Shown here: positions 52,737-64,000 of the stretch, in pieces
How positions within the stretch are numbered: the stretch's first letter is position 1
Layout: each line of letters starts with the position of its first letter
Source of the DNA: Okamejei kenojei
Lineage: Eukaryota
Assembly: GCA_035221665.1 (NCBI GenBank)
Contig: CM069164.1
Location: forward strand, 18,414,001 to 18,478,000
Direction of reading: 5' to 3'
Length of the DNA: 64,000 bases
Position numbers and translations under genes: made by a program
The notes under the pieces: model-generated
Seen by the model: the letters and a program-made list of their open reading frames with translations, nothing else
Database searches by the model: none
What the model was told of the DNA's origin: nothing

Positions 52737-53185
52737 GTTTGTGGATTGGTTGAAGAAGTTAATAGTTGTCGGAATTTAGCTGTTCCTGAACCTGGTAGTG
52801 TGTGACTTCAGGTTTGTACCCCCTGCCTGATGTTAATAGCGAGAAGAGGGCAAGGCCTGGATGGCGGGGATCCTTGAATGTAGATGCCACCTACTTGAGG
52901 TAGCTCTCGTGCGGATGCTTTCAATGGTGGGGAGAGTTGTGCCCTTGATGGACCAGGCTGTGTCCAACACTCCCTGTGGCCTTGTGTGCTCCTGTGCTTT
53001 GGAATTGCCATAACAGGCTATGATGCAACCAGTCAGGATACTTTCTATGGTACTTCTGCAGAGGTTTGTTAGAAGCTTCAATGACATACAAATCTCTTAA
53101 AGTTTCTAAGAAAGTAGAAGCGAAGGTACGCCTTCTTCATTACATCTATGTGCTGACCGCAAGATAGGAAATCTGAGATGTTATC
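52737..53185 (-). mobile_element. Rex/Babar LINE 3' coding fragment
   Basis: LTNLCRSTIESILTGCIIACYGN motif (decayed FYRCTIESILTGCITAWYGN). Confidence 0.75.
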
Positions 53186-53193
53186 TGAGATAT

Positions 53194-53948
53194 CCACCGA
53201 GTGGTGCCGTCAGTGATGGCCGCCTCGCCAATGGTCTGTCTGTCTTTTCGTCTTTTTTGTTATTTTTAGAGTGTTTATAAAAGTTTGTGTTAGTGATCTC
53301 TGGTTTGTTTTATGTGGGGGGTGAGGGGGGGGGGGTCAGGGGAAACTTTTTTTCGATCTCTTATCTTACCAGAGAAGCGATTGTTTTCCGGATCGTATCT
53401 GCGGTCGCTCTGCAGCCTAACATCATGGAGCTGCAGACGTTGCTCGAGACTATCTTTGAGCCCCACTGTGGGGCCGTGGGCGTGCCATTGGAGCTTGCGA
53501 TCCCTTGCCTGGGATCGTCGCTCCAACTGCGGCCTGCGGATTTCAACATCGAGGAGCTCACAGTCTCGGGTATGTCAGGAAGCTCCAAAGTTGTAGGAGG
53601 TTCAACCAGCCCCGACCCGGGGTCCGATCGCCCGGCGCGGGGAGCTGAGATCCCCAAGATGTGGGAGCTTGATCACCCCGACCGCCGGCTACGGGAGCCA
53701 AGATCAGCCCGTCAACGGAAGGCTCGAGGCCCCCAACCATGGGACGACAAAGAAGGGAAGAGATTGAACTTTATTGTCACCTTCACGGTGAGGAATGTAG
53801 AGGAGTCACTGTGGTGGATGTTTATGTTAAAATGTATTGTGTGTGTCTTGTTGCTTTTTATTGGTATGACTGTATGGCAAATCAAATTCCTCATATGGTG
53901 CAAAACATACTTGGCTAATAAAATATGATTATGATTATGATTACGATT
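53194..53948 (+). mobile_element. About 750-bp unclassified non-coding retroposon-like repeat, copy 2
   Basis: Colinear with 45807-46556; ends GCTAATAAAA plus (TATGAT)n; interrupts a Rex/Babar remnant. Confidence 0.7.
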
Positions 53949-54319
53949 AATGCCCAGGATAAAGTTCCAAACTTCTCACAATGTTGGCAAACAATATTGC
54001 TTTATAACTTCATTTTTGTGTGGATTGGCTTTACCTTTCAAATGATACTCCTAGTTAGAGCCTCCCCAATTGGAAAAAATGGATTTTAGCTGCTCAATTA
54101 GCTATGCTTGCTTAATATGTTAAAAAAAAATCGAATTGAGCATCTAACCTTCTGAGCAATGCTGCCGTAGTTTGTGCATTCTTCCATCTTAATTTCTCCA
54201 TTGAAATCTCCTGGCATCATTCTGATCAGATCTAAAGCCAATTAATTCCTTTCTATGGTTGATTTCTCAAAGTGCCTCCAAGCCTGGTTTTACTGTCTTT
54301 TTTGAGGCTTTCAAAAGTT

Positions 54320-55440
54320 CGGACACTGTGGAACTCCATCCTCAAGTTCGCCAACAACACCACCATTGTTGGACGAATTACAGATGGTGATGAGTCACCG
54401 GTATAGAAATGAGATCGATCGACCAACCAAATGGTGCCAGCACAATAACCTGGCTCTCAATGTCAGTAAGACCAAGGAACTGATTGTGGACTTTCGAAGA
54501 GAAAGGATGAGGACCCACAAATCTGTCTATATAGACGGGACGATGGTGGAGTCAAAACTTCAAATTCCTGGGCGTACATATTTCTGAAGATCCTTCCTGG
54601 ACCCAGCACACTGATGCAATTATACAGAAAGCACATCGACGCCGCTACTTCCTGAGAAGTTTACAGATATACCATGCCAGAGAGGATTATCTTGAACTTC
54701 TATAGGTGTACAGTAGGGAGCCTATTGACTGGTTGTATCATGGTTCGGCAACTTGAATGCCCAGGAGTGAAGAAGTGCGCGAAAAGTTGTGAACACTGCC
54801 CAGTCCATCATGGGTTCTGAGCTCCGCACCATCTATGGGATTTACCAGAGACGTCGCCTCAAAAAGGCAGCCAGCATCATCAGAGACCCACATCATCCTG
54901 GCCACACACTCATTTCACCCCTGCCATCGGGAAGAAGCTATTGGAGCCTGAAAACTGTAACGTGCAGGTTCAGGAACTGCTTCTTCCCTACAGCCATTAA
55001 GCCATTAGGATATTGAACACTACAACCTCCAATAANNNNNNNNNNNNNNNNNNNNNNNNNNNNNNNNNNNNNNNNNNNNNNNNNNNNNNNNNNNNNNNNN
55101 NNNNNNNNNNNNNNNNNNNNNNNNNNNNNNNNNNNNNNNNNNNNNNNNNNNNNNNNNNNNNNNNNNNNNNNNNNNNNNNNNNNNNNNNNNNNNNNNNNNN
55201 NNNNNNNNNNNNNNNNNNNNNNNNNNNNNNNNNNNNNNNNNNNNNNNNNNNNNNNNNNNNNNNNNNNNNNATGTGCATATAAATATATACACAAACACTG
55301 AAGTTATTTTTCTCATTCCTTATATTATTTACAGTGTACTATGCTTAAATATTCAGTTGTGCTGCTGCGAGTAAGGATTTCATTGTTCTACCTGGGACAT
55401 ACAGTATGACAATAAAATTCTCTTGACTTAACTTATTTCT
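54320..55440 (+). mobile_element. Rex/Babar LINE 3' region (RT C-terminus and tail), spanning an assembly gap
   Basis: SILKFANNTTIVGRI, WCQHNNLALNVSKTKELIVDFRR, IIRDPHHPGHTLISPLPSGR, RFRNCFFPTAI; frameshifted. Confidence 0.85.
55036..55270. other. Assembly gap (235 N)
   Basis: Run of N. Confidence 0.99.
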
Positions 55441-55646
55441 ATATATATCCATGATTCATATTTTCTGATGGATTGGAGATCCAGCTCAATACAGGACCGG
55501 AGTTCAGGATCAAACCAAGATGGCTGGAACATATCACAACTGTACCTCATTCCCATTGACCAGTCATAATATTTTAATGATCTACATTTGAAACTTCACT
55601 ATTTCCACATTTTAATCGTTTAGAAAATACTTCACTTTTGTTTATG

Positions 55647-55818
55647 GATAGGTGACATTTCGGGCCATAACCCTTCTTCAGACTGAAGTCCTGACCTAAA
55701 ACGCCACCTATCCACTTTCTCCAGAGATGCTGCCTGATCTGCTGAGTTATTCTAGCATTTTGTGTTTATCTTTGCTTTAAACCAGCATCTGCAGTACATT
55801 TTTTATTATATTCATTAT
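55647..55818. mobile_element. Partly palindromic Penelope-derived element
   Basis: Exact 16-bp TSD TTCACTTTTGTTTATG (55631-55646, 55819-55834). Confidence 0.8.
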
Positions 55819-56636
55819 TTCACTTTTGTTTATGAGTGAGTGAATGATTTCATATTGGCTTTTATTACAATCCATTGCCACAATTGTCAATTCACTTAAT
55901 CAATTAATGTATTTTTGAAATTTAATATTTTCATCCATACTTGCCTCATATGTTTATGTCATGGCAGACTTAGATATCTGGAATTGAAATCATTTATATA
56001 CACTTCCACTCTAAAACAAATGCTTGGGTTATTTCAGATACTGCCAATGTGAGGACTCCCATTATCGCTGCCTCTCTGTCAACCAGCATAAAGTCAACTT
56101 CCAAAGCAGGTCAATAATCTGCCTGCAAGTCCATGAGCTTGTCTTGACTGGTTCAGCATTCTAGTAGTTTTTTGTTATTTACTGTGCTGCACCAATGGAT
56201 TTATTAAGTGCTGAGAAGACGTCTGTTTAAAATTACGTTAAAATAAAAATAAATGTATGATATTAGCATTTAAACATTTTTAAATCTTAGTACTTGCTCA
56301 AATAATATTTCTTTCTGACGGGTTTCTTATAAAACCACGGAGAATTAAATTCTTGTGGCCCGTGACATATTTTGAATGATATTGCATCATATTACTGTCT
56401 ATGATAGCTGTATTTGTTAGTTACATAATTAATTGGATCAAGTGAAAATTGAAATCATTACACAAAATGTTGAAATTCAAATGAACTTCGTATTCAATGC
56501 TAAATAAAATCTAATCAATAAAATATTGATTTTACTTACTATATAACTTTTTTTTCTGGCTTGAATGGTACAGTCACATCATAGCTTTTTTGTGAGGATA
56601 ATAGGAATCAAAAGACAGCAAGACTACTGTTAAAAT

Positions 56637-56822
56637 GATTAGTGTTAAACAAGGAACTGCAGATGCTGGAGAATCGAGGGCACACAAAAGGCTGGAGAAA
56701 CTCAGCGGGTGCAGCAGCATCTAAGGAGCATGAAGAAGGGTCTCGACCCGAAACGTCGCCTATCTTCTTCGCTCCTTAGATGCTGTTGCACCCGCTGAGT
56801 TTCTCCAGCCTTTTGTGTACCC
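56637..56822. mobile_element. Young palindromic Penelope-derived element
   Basis: Inverted arms; TGAAGAAGGGTCTCGACCCGAAACGTC; 11-bp TSD ACTGTTAAAAT (56626-56636, 56823-56833). Confidence 0.8.
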
Positions 56823-57079
56823 ACTGTTAAAATTAATTTGGACTCCTATCTGTGACCATCTTCTGACACCAGCCAGGTCGCTGATTGTATTCAGGAATTT
56901 CTGACTTGAATGCCAGAAATTCCTGTTAATACCACCTCCTTCTCTAAATCAAATTCTCAATTTAAGACCAATTTTGCAAGTTATTAATGTTTCGGGAAGA
57001 GTCTCACTGGTACCCAATTGTCACATTATTATCCACCAGTGGCCCACTTTCCATTAGATGCCTAGATAGGCAGCCAAGG

Positions 57080-57690
57080 CATAGAAACATAGAACATAGA
57101 AATTAGGTGCAGGAGCAGGCCATTCGGCCCTTCGAGCCTGCACCGCCATTCAATATGATCATGGCTGATCATCCAACTCAGTATCCTGTACCTGCCTTCT
57201 CTCCATACCCCCTGATCCCTTCAGCCACAAGGGCCACATCCAACTCCCTCTTAAATATGGCCAACAAACTGGCCTCAACTACCTTCTGTGGCAGAGAATT
57301 CCACAGATTCACCACTCTCTGTGTGAAAAATGATTTTCTCATCTCGGTCCTAAAAGACTTCCCCCTTATCCTTAAACTGTGACCCCTTGTCCTGGAGTTC
57401 CCCAACATCGGGAACAATCTTCCTGCATCTAGCCTGTCCAACCCCTTAAGAATTTTGTAAGTCTCTATGAGATCACCCCTCAATCTTCTAAATTCCAGCG
57501 AGTACAAGCCAAGTCTATCCAGTCTTTCTTCATATGGAAGTCGTGCCATCCCAGGAATCAGTCTGGTGAACCTTCTCTGTACTCCCTCTATGGCAAGAAT
57601 GTCTTTCCTCAGATTAGGAGACCAAAACTGTACGCAATACTGTGCCCTCACCAAGACCCTGTACAACTGCAGTAGAACCTCCTTGCTCTT
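57080..57690 (-). mobile_element. Young 5'-truncated CR1/HER1-type LINE
   Basis: ORF YKSKEVLLQLYRVLVR...YCVQFWSP...LEFRRLRGDLIETYKIL...RVVNLWNSLPQ; (TTCTATG)n tail. Confidence 0.92.
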
Positions 57691-60036
57691 GTATTTGTCA
57701 TGGTTGTATTTATGGAACCATTGGATACATAGCATATGCACAGTTTATCTTTTCGAAAAACTAGTGAGAACTAGTGTGTTCTCCTAATTGCAGTACAGAA
57801 ATGCAATTGGCATAGCAAATTGGCCAACCGTTTGGCATTCCAATAAATCCCCCGAAGGATGTGCTTGGAGGCATATTGGATAATACTGAAATCCAAGACC
57901 TCAGTTAAATTTTAACAGAATCAGATAAAGTGTGTAGACTGTAAAGTTTCCTAACATGATTTTGGAGCTGGGTTAAATATTCTTTTAAATGCACAGCTTT
58001 TTATGGGCACCCAGCTTTGATTAAAATATAACAAGGTAAATTATAGGATTGACATAAAACTCATGTCCTCCAACAACCCACATTCGGCCTCACAAAAGAC
58101 AGCAACAACTTGTATTTATGTAGCATCCTTAACCATTAAAAACAACCCAAAGTACTTCAAAGGAGAATAATCAGAGGGAATTGATATAAATATATCTGCA
58201 AGGTAAATAAAGTCTTGTGTCCAACAAATCTTGTGACTTAAGAATGGACATGTTTCTATCTTTGGCTTTCAAGAGCATTATTTGGAACTTCCAAGTCACC
58301 CTGATTCAACAACGGGCCTCTATCCCAAAAAGGTGTCTTTTGATATTAAGTCAAGTGACTTTTATTTCTATAGCAAATTTAAAAAACAACTCTTGATATC
58401 TTGTCTTTTGATATGTTATCACAAATTGTTGTCATTCCCTCAGCAACATGTTGTTTTGTCGTTCAGAGTGAGATTGCTAGGTTGGGTTGAGTTAAATTTG
58501 TTTCAGATAGCAGCCTCACAGCTGGTAGAGGGAGAAGACCTTTAGTGATTTCAGTCTAGGCTAGATCTGTACATAGGTCACAGAGGTGAGAAGCCTGTGT
58601 GTTAACTTACTGCATCAAGCCTTTGTTAATTATTTTCTACTTTTTATAATTTTCTGCTGGATCAGATGTCTGTTTTAGCAGAAATTCTGGTGATGCTGAA
58701 GAAAACAACGGATTAAAAATAGCCAGATCAAACTTAAACTCTTTTAATTTAATTTTGTTACTGCATAAGTTAAGTGGTGTCTTGCTGTCCTGGTGACCAG
58801 AACTAATTCCCTCATCACTAAGCCCTCACGCCCGCCCACAGAAAAATTCCATTGCAACTGTTTCCACAGACGCAGGTTATAATTACACTGCCTGCCACAC
58901 CACTTAATCAACCAAGCAAAGCTGCTTCAAAGATGACTGGACAATTAAAGTGGAAACGTAAGAAGCCACTCTGCACAAGTTTCAGGATTTTTAATTAACA
59001 TTTGATAATTAACAATGAAAACATACAGCAGCTGGACAATAACCTGTACAATTTAAAAGAGAACCCATTCAAGCTTTACAACTGATGTGTACCCTTAAGT
59101 GACCATACGCAGCGCTGCTTCCTGGCGCCTTCAAGAGGCAGGTGGCTGAAGGAGAATAAATGTTATTCTATTTTGAATACGTTCTGGCACCCCCTTCACT
59201 TCAGAATTGTACATTTATTGTCTACGCTCAAGTGGGGTAGAATGCGGTTTACTACTGAATTAAATCAGAGAAAGTGAGAAAGTCAAAGGAAACAGCTGTC
59301 TTCAGCGGTGATGCTGCATTCAAAGAACTGAAATCTTAACATTTGAAGATATATAATTACTTCTCTAACATCTCATATAAAACCTATATTTGGTGAAAAA
59401 TAATAGTAAACATCCCGCAATATTTTGCTGCCACAATATTCAAAATATAAATTTCTTACATTGAGAAAATATTTAACATTTTAAAGTTACAAATCAGTTT
59501 TGCCATGTTTGTATATTTTGACTGATCTACTTTTATTAAACACTGGGATTGGAAAGTCAATGTTAATTATTTTACATAATACATTACTGGTTTCAATTAA
59601 CGACATCCCTTCAGTTTTGCACGTCTTAAAAATGAATGCAATCAAAAGTAATTTTAGTGTCAACGGGTGATTGAGTAGCTTGGACATCTGCAGAAGATAC
59701 AGGGACAGAAGCTGCAGTTGGTTGAAGAGCCCCAGGAAATATATAATTGCCGTCATTTAAATGCTTCGTCCACTTGTACTAGATAGATTTAGCCATTTTA
59801 GGGTTATTACAGCTGAAGAGATTGAGGAACAGGTATTTCATTCATTACATCAATTCACTGTGTAAAATATATCTGGTGGCCATTGGAAAACGTCATGAGC
59901 GTTTTCCATTTCATGTGCTTTCTGGTGGAGCGATGATCCTGTCTTGGGTTTGAGAGTTTACACATAATTTCCATTCACCTTTTTTTCCCCATTCTCTCTG
60001 CATCCATACTATTCTCCTCTGATATTTAAACCAATG

Positions 60037-60306
60037 CTGCACAGTGGTAGACTTGCTGCCTTTCAGCAACAGAGACCCAGGTTTGATCCTGCCTCTGGGT
60101 GCTGTCTGTACGGTGTTTACAGGTTCTCTCTGTGACCCTGTGAGCTTTCTCTGGGTGCTCCAGTTTCCACCCACATTCGTGCAGGTTTGTAGGTTAATTG
60201 GCCTCTGTAAAATGTCCGTAGACTATAGGGTAGAACTAGTGTACAGGGTGAGTGTTGGTTGGCTCGGACTCAGTGGGCCGAGGGGCCTGTTTCCACATTG
60301 TATCTC
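60037..60306 (+). mobile_element. HE1-type V-SINE
   Basis: tRNA-like head (GGTTTGATCC), V core, GGGCCTGTTTCC tail. Confidence 0.75.
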
Positions 60307-60499
60307 AATGGCAAATCCTCCCATTTGACATGGCTACAGTAATGCTATTTTTTTACTGCATTGTATGAGATAGTTCATGTTGCTATTCTAACCATGCAGA
60401 GTAAAAAGTATATAAAAGAAGCCTCCACTTACATGGAATTACAGAAGATTCTGCAATTCCAATGTAAATTAAAAGACTCTGCACAAGCAATGACCTTCT

Positions 60500-60806
60500 T
60501 ATTCAGCAGCAGTGTTGCTGCGTGACTGTGCTTGCAGCGCCGGAGTCCCGGGTTCGATCCTAACTACGGGTGCTGTCTGTACGCAGTTTGTACGTTCTCC
60601 CCGTGACCGCGTGGGTTTTCTCCGAGATCTTTGGTTTCCTCCCACACTCCGAAGACGTACAAGTTTGTAGGTTAATTGGCTTGGTAGAAGTGTAAATTGT
60701 CCCTAGTGTGTGTAGGATAGTGTTAGTGTGCGGGGATCGCTGGTCGGTGCGGACCGGTGGGCTGAAAGGCCTGTTTCCGCGCTGCATCTCTAAACTAAAC
60801 TAAACC
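60500..60806 (+). mobile_element. Young HE1-type V-SINE
   Basis: B box GGTTCGATCC at 60551-60560, CpG-rich body, (CTAAA)3 tail. Confidence 0.85.
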
Positions 60807-61600
60807 ATTGTCTAACAGTCTGAGGAGAACTTGGAGCTAGGTTCTTGATTTCCAGACTTTGGGAGATGTCACATGGGTGGTTTTGCACTGACGACAAATT
60901 CCTGAAGCACCTTTTAAAGTCTAGAATGCTGAAATCACCAACAAATGTTTGTGGCACTCCTTAGCTGCTGCGTACTCTTTCAAATCGTATCCCAGACAGC
61001 ATTGTAAATGACAGCAGTTCATTACAGGAGGCTCCAGGATAAGTAGGCCAGGTGACAGATGGGGGTTCTGGGTCCAAGTGCAGTAGGCACAGAAGTATAC
61101 ATCTGTAAGATCACACGAACAGAGAGCCTGCAGGGGCACCACATTGCACCTGAACCTCCCTGATGAGCAATGTATTCACAGGCTCAAAGGCCGTAATGAC
61201 AGAGATGGATGAAGTCCTGCCGGTGACCTTCGTTCATGCTCTCCTGCCTGACTGAAGGGTACCTTCAGGTAAAGGTCACAGTAACTAGATTTCCTATCCA
61301 CGAGTTCATTCCAGGTGGTCACCACTGATCTCAGCCATATTTCTCAGTACGCTGACAATTCTGGCCAGGTGTGTACCAGGGTAATAATGGAGATTGCTAC
61401 TGGTCTCCTGAAAGATCCTGAGGTCTTCAACAGTCCAGGAGCAAACAGTTGCAAAGGCTTCAATATCCTGTTGCCTAATCATGGGGACAGAAGTCAGCAG
61501 GAGGAAAAGCAGAAGGGACCTGGACACAGTGGCGGAAAACAAGCAGAGAGACAAGGAAGCTTCATCCTTTAGCTGAGAAAAGGGCAGGAAATAAACCAAT

Positions 61601-61738
61601 GTCATAAGGTCATAAGGAGTAGAATTAGGCATATCAAGTCTACTCCACCATTCAATCATGGCTGATCTATCTCTCCCTCATAACCCCATTCTCCTGCTTT
61701 CTCCCCATAACCTCTGACACCCGTACTAATCAAGAATC
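61601..61738 (-). mobile_element. CR1 3' tail
   Basis: Reverse complement of the 10490-10600 type sequence; (CTTATGAC)2 end. Confidence 0.7.
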
Positions 61739-62319
61739 TTGTGGAGACACTTCCCCTAAATCAATTGTCACCGATATACGCACGCCATTCACCATCACCA
61801 TGTTACACTAGTAGAGAGCTAAGAGAGCCCAGATCATTTTCCCTTTGCATGCTACTTGGCAAGTTCACCACTATTGTATCTGCCAGAGTGCGATATTAAT
61901 TTATATTTGGATTACTTAAATAACTTCCCGCACAAATTCTCTAGTTTCCTGATGAAGGCTACTTCACTTAAAGCACTCTGGCCTCTGCACAAAATGGCAT
62001 TTTTCTGAGCAATGTTGGCGAATTTTCACCAAGGAGTAATGGATGTCACAATGTATTGATCAAATTGTCGTGCAGTGGATAGGGAAATGCATGGAGGGTT
62101 CTACATTTTCAAAATAAATGTATCCCCTCCATGTGTTCACACTCATTCCTGATGAGCAAACTCCAGTTGTGTTTCAGATTAAGCCATTGTACTAATTGAT
62201 TTAAAGATAAACACTGCGGAACAATAAATATAGTCTCATATTATGCAACAACTTGGACCAAACATCCCTGTGAATAGTCAGAGGGATGACTATTCCTCCC
62301 TGTGAATAGTCAGAGGTTT

Positions 62320-62530
62320 TCAGTAGTGGACAAGTTCACATGTCCCAGCAGCACTCCCTGAAGATCAGTCAACACTGATGATGAAAACAACAACAGGATA
62401 GCAAAAGCCAGCTCTGAGAATGGAGGACTGAGAAGTACAGGAATGAAGAGGAATCAGCCTAAAGTTCAAGTTGAAGGTGTATCATGCTATTGCCTCTCTC
62501 TATATTTGTGGGACATGTTCAGTGTAGACC
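62320..62530 (+). mobile_element. Degraded RTE (BovB-like) LINE fragment
   Basis: VVDKFTCPSST...NTDDENNNRIAKASS...GISLKFKLKVY, decayed VDKFTYLGSTL...IDDEINNRIAKAS motifs. Confidence 0.6.
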
Positions 62531-62754
62531 AATAATAAATCTGAAAAAGGATCCTGACCCAAAACCACATCGATCCAATTTCTCCAGAGATGCTGCCTGA
62601 TCCACAGATTTACACCAGATTTAGTGTCAAATAACACAAAGATACAGAATTGGCTCTTGGGCCATTAGGATCTCATCTGGGGCAGAAGTGAGCTATAAAA
62701 AGGGGATGATCACCTTGTCGGGAATGTACTAATGGTCCCCAAATAGTCAATAGT

Positions 62755-63520
62755 AAAACAACTTTTTCACAGAGAGAGAGAGAGGTGGATATACGTATAC
62801 AGAATGAGCTGCCAGAAGTAGGTTGAGGCAGGTACATTAATAGCATTTTAAAGACTTCTGGATAGGTGCATGGATAGGTAAGCTTTAGATAGATACCACC
62901 CAAATGTGGGCAAATGGGTCTAGTTTGGATGGGACATCTTGGTCAGCAAGGATGAGTTGGGCCAAAGAACCTGGCTCTATGACTATAAGAGGCAGGGGGT
63001 TGTGGTGGAAGGATTCTTCTCTGACTTGAAGCCTGCTATCACTGGTGTACTACAATAATCCGTGCTGGGACCTTTGTTGTTTGTGATGTATTTTAATGAC
63101 TGAGATATGAATGTAGGAAGTTTGATTTATAAGTTGGTGGATAACTCGAAGGTTTGTGGTGTTGTGGATTGTGAGGAAAGCTGTCTAAGGCTACAGCAGC
63201 ACATAGATCAGCACTGGGGATGGAATTTAATCCTGACAAGTGCAAGGTGATATGTTTTAGGAAGTCAAATAGGAGTAGGACAATAGTAAATGGGAGGGCA
63301 CCATGGAATATTGATGAACACTGCAACCCACGGTTCACGTTCCCTGTAAGTGGAGGTGGTGTAGGCTAATGCAATAATATGTTTATGATGCATTTAGACA
63401 GTCATTCAAATAGTCAAGGCATAGAAGGAAACAGACCTAATACAGGCAAAGGATATTTTTGCAGAGGGGCAAAAAGGTCATGATGGACATCGTGGGGCAA
63501 AGGGTCTTTTTCTGCAACCT
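62755..63520 (+). mobile_element. Degraded CR1 fragments
   Basis: TGVLQ*SVLGPLLFVMY, MEFNPDKCKVICF and CR1 3' UTR pieces. Confidence 0.65.
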
Positions 63521-64000
63521 TAAAAATCTATGTGGAAAGTCAAAGGTTTGGGCAGTCAATGGTGGTTGAGCATGGGGGATTGCAGTTTGAGAGGGTGGGA
63601 TGTTTGGAGACATTTATGCTGTGTGTGGATGTGTGTGTAGGCAAATCATTCATTCCTTACATTATTCTCAGAGTGAATATACCAGATATTTTTTCCATTT
63701 TAGACTGCAGTCCAGGGATAAAAAAGCAGAAAACGCATGAAATACCCAGCAGGTCAGGCTGCATCTGTGGGAATAGAAACAGTGTTAACGTCTCAGATGA
63801 AAGACCAGACCAGTCATCATAACTTGGAATGGGATAACAGAAGTTTGTTAGACCAGGAGAAGCGGAGATTGGGGGGGGGGTCTGCAAGGGTGAAGCCACC
63901 ACTGACCTGCTGAGTATTTCCAGCAATTTCTTTTTTAACTTTAGATTTGGAACATTTTCAGTTCTCCTGACTTAGAAATAGGAGATGGATAACCACTGAA

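Noticed and set aside
53194-53250. Possible HDV-like ribozyme at the 5' end of the 750-bp repeat (UGG-CCGCCUCG-CCA)
   Set aside because: No convincing P1 or P2 partners or J4/2 could be built.
53287-53928. 213-aa ORF as a novel gene
   Set aside because: Lies within a repeat, has a non-ATG start and no domain motif, and is disrupted in the second copy.
60530-60570. tRNA gene
   Set aside because: The B box belongs to a SINE head; no cloverleaf.
61150-62160. Isolated CTGATGA words as hammerheads
   Set aside because: No correctly placed GAAA...UH or stems.
1-64000. CRISPR array or prokaryotic system
   Set aside because: The repeats are dispersed eukaryotic transposons with no regular repeat-spacer pattern, and the spliced vertebrate gene fixes the origin.

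Overview
Vertebrate genomic DNA, most likely a skate or ray (inferred from HE1-type SINEs, HER1/CR1 LINE tails and Penelope-type repeats). The only host gene is the 5' part of protogenin (PRTG) on the minus strand: a CpG-rich promoter, coding exon 1 (44495-44429, signal peptide) and exon 2 (40755-40453, first Ig domain). No further exon is recognisable, so intron 2 appears to run over 40 kb off the left edge. The rest is intron or upstream DNA dense with mobile elements (CR1, Rex/Babar, RTE and Penelope-like remnants, SINEs, a dead Tc1 transposon, Harbinger-like MITEs, a Helitron-like insert), plus one assembly gap. The two most striking observations are predicted catalytic RNAs. (1) A 137-bp retroposed element (49667-49803, minus) has an 11-bp target-site duplication (TSD), an (AAG)n tail, and a first 54 nt that fold into a complete minimal HDV/CPEB3-like ribozyme whose predicted cleavage site is exactly the element's 5' end. 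(2) Over 20 short, often palindromic, TSD-flanked Penelope-derived elements carry minimal hammerhead ribozyme cores. All structures were read by eye; no searches or folding programs were run, and repeat boundaries are approximate unless a TSD is quoted.
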